Below the pieces are notes generated by a model. The model saw only the letters and a program-made list of their open reading frames with translations, was not told the origin of the DNA and did no database searches. Shown piece after piece: positions 45,001 through 54,585 of a DNA stretch of 54,585 bases. Made by a program: the position numbers and the translations under genes. The DNA lies in NCBI GenBank assembly GCA_000388065.2, contig KB932209.1. One strand, written 5' to 3'. Position 1 is the stretch's first letter; every line of letters starts with the position of its first letter. Source of the stretch: Fonticula alba ATCC 38817. Lineage: Eukaryota; Protista; Nucleariida.

Positions 45001-45539
45001 GAGCCCACCCGCCTGCAGTTTGTCCCGCTGCTGGCTGATGAGACCTTCATGAATCAGCTGGTCGAGGAGCTGCGCGCCATTTCCCGCCTCGAGGGGGTGG
45101 CTTACAGCGAGTCGGCCTTCGCCGGGCAGATGGCTGTCCTCCGTGGCCAGGCGGCCAACCTCGTCAAGGCCCTGCTCAATGGATATACCCCGCTGGAGCT
45201 GACCCAGGTGCGCAGCCTCGCGCGTTTGCCATTGCACATGAGCCGATGGCATCGAGCCGACATCCGGGGGCCTGCCCCCCTCGCCTCCCTTTTTTTTTTT
45301 TCCCCCATTCGCACCTTGCTTCCTGCTGCCCGCCGTTTGACGGTCCGGGGTCCTCCCACTCACCTTCCCACCCACCCGCGCTTCTTGCTGCCCGGTCCCC
45401 ATGTGTGTCCTGTGTCCCTTTTGGATGTTTTCCCCCTCAGATGCCGCCGCTGCTCATCCAGCAGAGCGATGTCAAGCCCGGCGTCGTGCGCCGATACCTG
45501 TCCGAGCCCGCCCGTGCGCCCACCTTCTCCACTTGGTAA
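42046..45539 (+). CDS. PI4K2: Phosphatidylinositol 4-kinase type II (PI4K2A/B, yeast Lsb6-like), ~710 aa after removing the 196-nt artefact; exons 42046..42637 (minus artefact), 43038..43294, 43459..44072, 44242..44426, 44626..45207, 45441..45539
   Basis: [119 protein letters not shown] and C-terminal PTFSTW are all characteristic of type II PI4Ks. Five GT-AG introns are phase-consistent. Confidence 0.95.
42198..42570 (+). repeat. Artefactual exact 177-bp tandem duplication (42198..42374 / 42394..42570) separated by Illumina adapter ACGTGTGCTCTTCCGATCT (42375..42393)
   Basis: The spacer is the 19-nt 3' end of the TruSeq read-2 primer/adapter and the copies appear identical. Removing 196 nt restores the PI4K frame (EWEYE-DAPFDGR). 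Confidence 0.95.
42652..43027 (+). repeat. Artefactual exact 176-bp tandem duplication (42652..42827 / 42852..43027) separated by Illumina adapter AGATCGGAAGAGCGTCGTGTAGGG (42828..42851)
   Basis: The spacer is a 24-nt exact match to the TruSeq universal adapter read-through. It lies in PI4K intron 1 (42638..43037), which shrinks to 200 nt once corrected. Confidence 0.95.
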
Positions 45540-46372
45540 AGCACCTCCCCTCCTGCGCCACCGAGGCAGGAGGGCGGCAGGGCACGGGCCAGGGGCCTGC
45601 AGCATTCGCAGGTCCAGGCGTACAGCGCCTCCCTCCTCCATCCAAGTGTTCCCTCCCCCTCCCTCGCCCCTCTCTGTCGCTCTCTTCCCTCCCTCCGTTT
45701 GCAATACCCCACATCCCGAACACGTGTCTCAATGTCATCTATATTGGGTCGATTTGTGCCCTCCTCTGGTGCCGGCAGCCAGAGGGCTCCTGTTTTCACC
45801 CCTTCACCACCCCCCTCCCTTTCTCTCCCCCCCCTCCCAATAGATCCCCCCCTTTTTTTGCTGTCCACTGGCCTCATTGTGCTCGGTCCTCATTGGTGCG
45901 CCCTCAGCCACCATAAGAAGGCCCCCCCAGCATACGTAGATAGGGCCACGCCACATGTCGATTGGAGTATGTGGAATCTATGGTCGTGTATATTCAGAGG
46001 GGGGGGGGTGTGGCATGGGGAGAGGGCTGGGGCCTCTCCCTCATGCGCGGGGCAAAATGGTTCCAGGATGTTCACAAGGACAGGGGAAGGGGGAAAAGGG
46101 AGGCACACGTATCGACAACAAGAGTGACGCCGATGGCGGTGGCAAGCGGGGGAACCAGCACTCCACGACAAGAGTACCAGGCAGGAGGGAGCAGGGGATG
46201 AAGGGGGATGGGGATGGGAATGGGGGGGGGGGGGGAGAGGAAAACTATGACGCCAGGACACACGCGCATGTGCGTGTGCGAGCAAGCCCCAAGAGGAAAG
46301 GACGCGTTCATCGGAGTAGTATGCCATGGCCATGGGGAGGGGGGGGGGGGGAGGAGAGGGAGGCATGCGCCC

Positions 46373-49300
46373 TTAGGAAGACTCGGTGATCGTCGTAGGC
46401 ATGGCCAGAGCACGGCTCTTGGCCATCGACAGGAAGAGGGGATTCGTCACGCTGGTGAACACCTCGCCATCATCATCGTCATCATCATCCATGCCGGGAT
46501 GAACCAGGTGCGTGTGGTTCTCCTCGTCGTCATCATCCTCGCCAGCATGATAGGCAGGGTGCAGGCCGTGGCCCCGCTGGCCGGGATGGCGGTAGTCCGG
46601 CTGCCGGGGGCCGGCATCGGTGTCGGAGGCGCCATACTCCTCATCATCCTCATCCTCATCCTCATCTTGGGAGTAGGAGTACGAATAGTCCGAGGCGTCC
46701 GAGGCGCCCGAGTGGTCGGAGTCGCCGGAGTCGCGGGCCGCCTTGCGGGCCGCCATCAGGGCCGTGACCGCGGCCGCGGCCGACACCGCATCCATGGTCT
46801 TCGGGTCGATGTGGCCCTTGAGCACTGCATCAGCCAGCTGGTCCGGGTTGGGCTGGCCACCGCTGCCCGGGCCGCCAGCCTGCTGGATGGAGGCCCGGGG
46901 CCCGGTGGAGCTATGGAAGCTCGAGGACGAGGTCGGCGCCAGGCCGCTGAGCCCGTAGGGGTTGGTCGGCAGGAAGGCCGACAGGGGCGGCGCAAGGCTG
47001 CTCCGGCGCACGGCCAGCATGACGTCCGTCGGATTGACGGCACCGCCAGAGCCCCCAGGACCGGAGGTGCCCATGGTGCTGGCCGGGGCAAAGCTGGACC
47101 CCGGACCGCCGGTCGGGCCGCCAAAGCCCAGCCCACCGGGGCGCATGGCCATCGGCCGAGCGCCCGGGGCCCCGAAGGAGGACGGCCCATGGAGGACATG
47201 CGTGGCGACACTGGCCCGGCGGTAGGCGGCCAGGCTGTCTGGAGCACTTGGCGCCCGACGGCCATCGGCCGAATTCAGGAAGGCCGTCAGCCGGGGATTC
47301 ACCACGGACACGGTCTCGGGCGAGGAAACCAGCGAGTCGGCCCCGAGGTCCTTCAAGTTCCGCGGGATGCTGACCCGCTCCACCGGGCCGAGCGCTGACA
47401 GGCCGGGCCCGGCCCCGGGGATGGCACTGGCGATGGAAGCCGTCGGTGCCATCGACCCGCGGCGAATGTGCTCGATGACCGCGGAGAAGGGCGCGGCCGG
47501 GGCGGCGCCCCCGGCCACGGCATGGCCAGACGGGCCCCCAGCCCCGGCGGCCAGCCCGGCAGCATCGCCAGCCGGGCCGGGCTCCGACTTGGAAAGGGTG
47601 CGCATGATTTCCGGTGCCAGGGACATCCGCCGGGAGGTGGCGATGCTGGAGGTGCTGCTGCCCAGCAGGGAGGTGGTCGTCGAAGAGGCCGGGCTCGGGA
47701 AGAGGGCGGGCGAGCGACCCGTATTGTGAACCCCGAAGGACTGGGCATCGGCGTCGGTGGAGGACCGGGTGCCGGCCGGGCCGTCGCTGGATGCACCCAC
47801 GGCGTCATCTTCATCCTCATCAGTGGAGGCATTGGGGCCGTGCTCGGCCACCGAGGTGAACCGGTCTTCAAACGGCACGGAGGGCACACGGGGGTCAGTA
47901 ACGGGCGTCGATGCAGGGGGCCAGGGTATGTGGCCGGAGCACCGCGGTCGGTGTGCGTATTTGCCCGCGAAATGGGAAGGGGGGGAGATGAAGGAAAGGA
48001 AGAAAGAGAGGCAAACAGGGAGAGAGGGAGAGAGAGAGGCAAACAGGGAGAGAGGGAGTGAGATGCCAAGACGTACAGGGCTCCTCCGAGGTGGGAGACG
48101 GCCGCGTTGACGACCCACCGGAGTCGGACTCGTCATCGGGCGAGGCGGGAGCCGTGTTGTCATCGCCAACGGTGGTGTCGGCAGACGGGAAGAGCAGGAC
48201 CGACGTGGACATGGGCCGCTGACCGGACACCATGTTCGGCCGGGCAATGATGTTGGTGTCGAGCTCCACGCGGGCGGCCGGGCTAGACCCGGTGGCCGGG
48301 GCGCCGGTGGCCGGGCCAGCCTCCACGGCAACGTCGGGAGTCAAATCGGTCTCGACAGGGATCGCGGCCGCAGCTGCCGCCATGTCGCGGCGCATCTGCA
48401 TCCGAGCCAGAAGCATGGCCTTCTTGCAGGAGGCAAACAGGCGCCTCTGCTCGCAGGCCTCCACGCGGTCTGTCGGGGTAGGAGGTGTGAGTCAGGATGG
48501 AGGAGGGGGGATGGCAAGAGAAAAAGACCGGCCAGGGGGAGGGGGGGTCCCATGGTGGGGCCTGAAAATCGGGGCAACAGAAAGAACAACAACAACAACA
48601 ACAACAACAGCAAGAGCAAAAGCAGCATGCGGCACGTACCGGCAACCTCCCGGTCCCGACTCACCAGGATCCGCATGCGCAATGGCAGCGGCATGGGCGA
48701 GTGCGAGCCGGGGGAGCCAGCCGCATCGGCCGACAGGTTGGTCGGGCTATTTTGCTGGAGAGCCGTGCGCCGGGCCTGCATGTAGGCATCGCGGATCAGG
48801 TGCGTCAGCCGGGCCGAGTAGCCGGGCAGGGCGTCGGCCGCCTGCACCACCGACTGGGCATTGGACCAGCCGGGCTGGTGGGCCCGATCCAGGTACTGGG
48901 CCAGCAAGGGCTGGGGGTCCACCTTCAGCAGGTAGGCCATCCCGGTGCCGATGGTGGCCTGCTGGTAGAGCAGGGTCCGGGCCGCGATGACAACCGGAGC
49001 CTGGGTGCCGGCCGGGGTGCCGACACGCGTCGGAGGGGCCGCCGCCATCGGGCCACTGCTAGCCGACCGGTTGAATGCCCCGCCAGCACGCGAGGGCCCG
49101 GGCACACTGCCGGTCGCCGTGCCGGAGGTGAAGGACGACTTGCGCGGGGTGCCCGGCGAGCCGGGGATCGACTGGAGGCTCGGCGAGGAGAGGTCACCCA
49201 CATGCGGCGAGGAGCCCGGGCCGAAGCTGCCCGTGCGCGGGGATCCAATCATGCTGGCTGGGCCCGGAGCCGAGCCAACCTGCGGGCTCGTCGCGGCACT

Positions 49301-52300
49301 GGCACCGGAGCCACTGCCAGATGCCCCGGGACCGGGGATGGTCCCGGCTCCGGAGGGAATGGCCAGCGCGTCGCTGCTGCGCGAGCCTCGGCGCAGGGAA
49401 AAGGCGAAGAGCCCATTGCCGGAGCCAGTGGCATCATGGCCGGCGGAGGATGGAGACCCGGGGACCTGGGGCACCGGCGTCGGGGCCGTGCCGGTGACGG
49501 CCGTCGAGGAGGCAGGCGAGAAGAGATCCACCAGGGACGACCGCCGGGAGCTACTTCGAGAGGAAGACCCGGCATTGGGATCCGGGGTGGGGCCGGAAAT
49601 GGAGGAAGCACGGCCAGCGGCCCCGGCGGTGGATTGCTTGCGGCCGGCCCCATCAGCCGCATGCGAGGCGGAGGACGAAGAGGAGGAGGAGGCCGAGGAG
49701 GAAGAGGAGAAGAATCCGAAGAACCCCTTGGAGGAGGGCGGACTGCTGGGCGTAGAGCCGGCACTGGTGCCGGCCGTATGGCCATGGAGCCCGGGCGAGT
49801 CGCCGGGGCTAGAGCCATGGGGGTCATGCGCGTGGATCGAGGGCGAGGAGGAGGCCGAGGTGATGGACGTCACGGCCGGCATCGGCGGCGAGTGGTGGGA
49901 CTGATGGGCATGATGCCCGGCAGGCGGGTCATCGGGGCCGCCATGCAGGGCCGACAGGTCGAACTGCACCGGGGTCGGGGCAAAGTGCGTCGAGTGGCGG
50001 CGCGTTCGGTTGAGGCTCGGCGAACCCGGGCCCTCGTCGGCCACAGCCTGGTGTACCGACACCACGGAGCCCCGGCGGGAGCTCGCATCGAAGACCGCCT
50101 CATCGTCATCGGTCATGAGCAGGGCATCGGAGGAGAAGAGCCGCGAGGCGGCCTCATGCTCATACAGGAGGGCGCCATCGCGAATGACCTGCGAATCCAA
50201 CAACGGCGGAGACCACCAGATGGCCGCCAGCGCCGCGCGATATGTCACCAGCATGCCGGCCGGCAGGCTCTGGTTCTGCTCGGTCGGCAGGCGCGGGCCA
50301 GTTAGACCGAGCTGAATCAGCGCCGGGGGGAAGGAATCCAACGCATCGGGGGCCGGGGTCGGGGCAATGAGGCCGGACCCGGACTCGGACCCGGACCCGG
50401 ACCGGGACCCGGGACCCGGGACCCGGGCCGAGGCCGAGCGTGGCCGGCCCATCGGAGCCGGGCTGTCCGGCGTCCGATCGCTGGGATATTCCGCACTGGC
50501 CAGGAGGTCGGTCCCGGTGGCCATGGCCGCCAGTGTGGCATCCCCGGCGAAGATTTGCGAAAGGGCCGCCACGCCGCGCTGCTGGCTCTCAGTCGCGAGC
50601 GAGGAATACACCTGGAAGAAGGGCACCCGGGCCAGGGACCCGAGCGAGGGAACGGCCGGGTCCGTGGCCAGGGGATCCGCCGGCCGGCCGGCCGCGGCGG
50701 CCACCTCGGGGAAGGGCGATCCGGCGGCCAGGATGCTTGGACGACGGGATCCCGAAGGGCCTGCCGCGTGGGGATTGTGAGACGCACGGATCGACGCATA
50801 GGAGGAAGACCGCCGATGGGCGTTGTGCTGGGGCTGATGATGATGATGATGCTGCTGGTGATGAGGATGATGGGCGGAGGCCACGCTGGAGGAGGAGTCG
50901 CGTCGCTGGTGGTGCTGGTGGTAATGGCCCTGGTGGGTGGAGCTGGTGGAGGATGACCGGTCGCGGGTGCCGGTCATGCTGGACACCGAGCCCCGGTGAT
51001 GGATGTTGGCCGAGCGCGGGTGGGCCAGAACCGGGGCGAAGCTGTGCAAATCGCCGACGGTCGTCGGATTGGCCGACACAAAGAACTCCACCATGAGCTT
51101 GCCACGGCACAGCCCCGGGACCGGGGCCGGGGGCGGGGCCGCCGGGAAGCCGCGCCCGCAATTTTGGAATCCAAAGCTATACACCCCATACAGGTGGAGA
51201 TAGTCATCCGGGCAGTGGGGGCCATCGTGCTGCGGGAAGCCGAAGGATGGGTCGAAGCCGAAGGACGGCTGCCGGGGGAGGGTCTGCCCGGAGGCCGAAC
51301 GCTCGGATGACCCGGCCGCCATCATGCCACCAGACCCCATGGACGAGCCGGAAGAGGCAGACAGGGAAGCCGGCATGTCGGCCAGCGAGGGGGAGCTGCC
51401 ATGCTCGGGGCCGGACGCCCCGCCGGTGGACCGCAGGTTGGCCGGCAGAACCGGCGAGGAGGCAGCCCGGTGGAAGCCAGGGGCCGTGCTCAGGTGCGCG
51501 CCGCCAGGACGCGCACCCTTGCGCCCGGAGGTGGCCCCCCCGGCGCCAGCGGGCCCGGTGTGCAGGGCGCCGGACGAGAGGGACGAGTGGATGGGCCCAT
51601 CGGCCGGGGCGACGGCCGACATGTACACCGACGGGTGAGGCGACAACTCGTCATAGACGAAGTTCGTCGGGAGGTTCGACTGCGAGTGGTGATGGTCCAC
51701 ATGTGAAAGGGGCGACGGGCCGGATGGCCCGGGCGGCATGGCCTGGATGCGGGGACTCCCGGTGTAGGGGCCGACACCGGTGGGGGTATTCGGCCCGGTG
51801 CCGGGTTTCCCGGGCGTTGGGCTATGCTTGAAGACATTCTTCAGGCGCGACACGACCGAGGGCTTCCGGTGAATGCGCCCATCGGATGGGGATCCGACCG
51901 ATCCGCCCGGCGAGCTGGTGGCGCTGGTGGGGGTCCCTCCATGGCGGGTCGGCCCGGTGGCCCCCTGGCCATGGTGGTGGTAGTGGTGGTGGTGGTGGTG
52001 AGACCCGGGGATGTCGGCCGACATGGATGCCAGGTGCCCGCCCGGGCCCGGGGCCGCTGGCGGAGTGGCCGGGGCCCCGGTCGCGAGCGAGGTGCTGGAG
52101 AGGGACATCTGCAGGCGATAGGGCTGGAGGGTGCCGCCGGGCACCGGGGATGGCCCCAGGGCGAAGGAGGACATCGGGGTGGTGGGATAGTAGGACAGTG
52201 GCCCGAGGGAGGAGGCCGACGGGGCGCGGGACATGAGCGACGTCGTGGCCACCGACACGTCGGACAGCTGCGAATAGAGGGACAGCTGCGAGGACACCGA

Positions 52301-54332
52301 GGCCGAGGCCCAGCCAGCTGCCTGGCTTTGGGACAGATGCGGCTGGAAGCCGGCCTGCGGCGAAGGGTGAAGCCCGCCAGGGCCCGATGCGGCGCCGGGG
52401 CCGGCGGAGGATGTGCGCGGCGCGCCCCGGCCACCATCCAGCTGCGAGCAGGAGCTCGACAAGCTGTCCATGTGCATGGAGGCCGGCCGCGGGGCGGCCA
52501 TGCTGTCGATGCTGTGGAACAGGTGCGACGAGACCCCCGGGATGAGGGGCCCCTGGGAAAGGGGGCGCGAGCGCGGGTGCGGGGGTAGCGAATCGCGCGA
52601 CCCATCGGACTCGCGCCCGGTCAGGCGCTCGGGCGGGAGCTCCTCCGTGAGGGAGACCGAGTCGCGCGAATCGGTGGCCGTGGCCAGCGGCCGCCGGAGG
52701 GGAATCACCACCTCATCCTCATCGAAGGCGTCCTCCTCATCGGAGAGGTCTTCATCCGAGCTGAAGGAGGAGCTGGAGGCGCTGGCGGAATCCGACTCCA
52801 GGGAGGAATCCGAATCCGAGCCCGGCCCTTCCTGCTCCGGCTCGGGGGCATCCTCATCGGGAGCACCGGCGGGCACATGGGCCCCGGCACGCGGGGAGGC
52901 CAGGGGCGCGGCGGCCCCGCGTGGCGAGGGGCTTGACAGCCCCGAGCGAGGAGCGGGCACCGCGCGCGGGGACAGGCCGCCCCCGGTGGAGGGCTGGCGT
53001 TCTGGACGTTTGGGCGACGCCGCGCCCGGGCCCAGGTGCACCGGGGTCGGGGGCAGGGACACGCGCGGATTGAGGAGACCCGAGCCGGCGGTGGGGATTG
53101 GCGGCCGGCCGATGGCCGACGGCGGGGTTCCACTCACCGGGGACGAGCAATTGGACAGGCTCTGGGAGGTGGACCGCGAGAGGGAGGGCATCGGGATGGG
53201 CCGAGCCGAAGACCGGTAGGACATCGTCCGGCTGGGCGTCGAACCGCCGCCTGGCGACATGGCCAGCGAGTTGGACGACGGCGAGGGGGAGATGCCAAAC
53301 TGCATGCCGGCGCCGCTGAGGGTGAAGGAGCCGGCCGAGGAGGAAAAGTCCCCCCGGTGCCAGGAGGTACTGCGGGCCAGGGAAGGCGAGGCCGAGGGGT
53401 ACGGCGAGGAGAGCGGCGAGGCCAGGGGCGAGGCGACCTGCCGGACCCGAATGTTTGACACGAAGCCCGTCTCACCGGGATCGCCGATGGAGTTGGTGGA
53501 TGAATAGTGCGCCTGCTTGGACAGGGTCGAGGGGGGATCTAGGAGGGGAAGGCCGGAGTCGAGAGCAGGGCGGGCGGTGATGGCCGATCACCGCCGGGCC
53601 CGCTGAGCCTCAGCCCGGAGCGCGAGGATCGGGATGCCGCTGCCGGGCCTCCTCCGCGCCTGCCGCGCCCCGGCCAGGGAGGACGCCACCCCCCCCCCGG
53701 GTGCGGGGGTGACGGGGAGGGGCAGGGGGCACGAGGGCGAGAGGCGATATCAGTGGCGGCGGGAGGAAGGGCAGAAGGTGCGGAACGGGCATCAAAAGCC
53801 GAGGGGCGGGGGGGGGGGGGATGGGGTGTCCCGTACCGGCCGAGGAGCGGCGCGACCCTGCGGGCGGATGGGGAAGGCCGTCGCTCCCGTGCGACTGTTC
53901 GGCCGCCGGGCCGGAGGAGTGTGTGGATGCCGGCGCCCCGCAGGAGGCCCCATTGGCCGAGGGTGCCGTGCTGCCGCCATTCGAGAGGAAGGTCATGTCG
54001 AGTTGGAGGTTGGCCGCGGGCGAGCCCAGGGCCGGGGCGGCCGGCGAGGCCACGGGCGAGGCAGGCCCACTGGCGCCGGTCGCGGGCCCGGGCCCAGGTG
54101 CCAAGGGAGTCGAGGCATCGCGGAGGGAGGCCACCGGGGCGGCGGGCTGCGTGCCGGCCAGGCGGCGCCGCTCGGCGAGCGTCAGTCGATGGTGCGAGCC
54201 GTGCGGGCTGCCGGGCGACGCGGCCGAGGGCGAGTCAGCCGACAAGGAGGAGGAGGAGGAGGACAGGGGTCCGATGTCGCCGGGAGGCGGGGGCGCCCTG
54301 CCGGCGGGGGCGCTTGGCGACGGGAGTGTCAT
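46373..54332 (-). CDS. Large (~2,426 aa) Ser/Pro/Gly-rich, mostly disordered protein of unknown function; exons 54332..53837, 53538..48640, 48469..48077, 47865..46373
   Basis: Three phase-1 introns (gtacgg..ctag 53539..53836; gtacgt..acag 48470..48639; gtacgt..gaag 47866..48076) join four long ORF pieces into 7,281 nt, divisible by 3. Islands of globular-looking sequence lie between low-complexity tracts. No family recognised. Confidence 0.8.
48585..48608 (+). repeat. (AAC)n microsatellite in an intron of the 46373..54332 gene
   Basis: Directly visible. Confidence 0.9.
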
Positions 54333-54585
54333 GCTGCTGCCCTCGCTCGGTCTCTAGTGTGGGGTCTGGCCAGGTGTGCGCTCTGTGTGTCAGTGGCCAG
54401 GAAGTCGCGGGGATGTGGGGAGGGGGGGGGGGCGAAGGAGATGCCAGCAAGATACCAACAAAAGGCGGGTCCAGGCGTCGGGAGGCGCGGGCGCCCAGTA
54501 CCCAAGCGGACAGGTGCCAAGGCGCAGAAAGGGAGGGGGAGGAAGAGGGGAGGGGAAGGGGTGAAAGGAGGAAGGAGGAGAGAAA

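Noticed and set aside
48701-53219. Long + strand ORFs opposite the 46373..54332 gene
   Set aside because: Antisense shadows with no protein-like composition.

Overview
GC-rich, intron-containing eukaryotic genomic DNA. Gene content and style suggest the nucleariid amoeba Fonticula alba or a relative (inference, not verified). Nine protein-coding genes were reconstructed by hand with phase-consistent GT-AG introns: (1) the 3' end of a TKL-like protein kinase; (2-3) two tandem, intronless orphan paralogs on the minus strand sharing two helical domains and a PPxY-HPRH motif; (4) a ~2,519-aa single-pass receptor kinase with 27 furin-like Cys cores, including a 510-nt higher-order triplication; (5) a ~2,869-aa cytosolic macroglobulin-domain-like giant protein with a disordered central bait-like segment; (6) a WIPI3/4 (Hsv2)-like PROPPIN with an LRRG motif and a large acidic loop; (7) a multi-exon hypothetical protein with an unresolved 5' end; (8) a type II PI 4-kinase; (9) a ~2,426-aa Ser/Pro-rich protein with 12 RRxS motifs. 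The assembly contains five N gaps and three embedded Illumina TruSeq adapter fragments. Two of the fragments sit between exact 176-177 bp false tandem duplications, and one of these artificially frameshifts the PI4K gene. No tRNA, rRNA, CRISPR array or recognisable transposon was found. Most short ORFs in the track are antisense or off-frame shadows of GC-biased genes.
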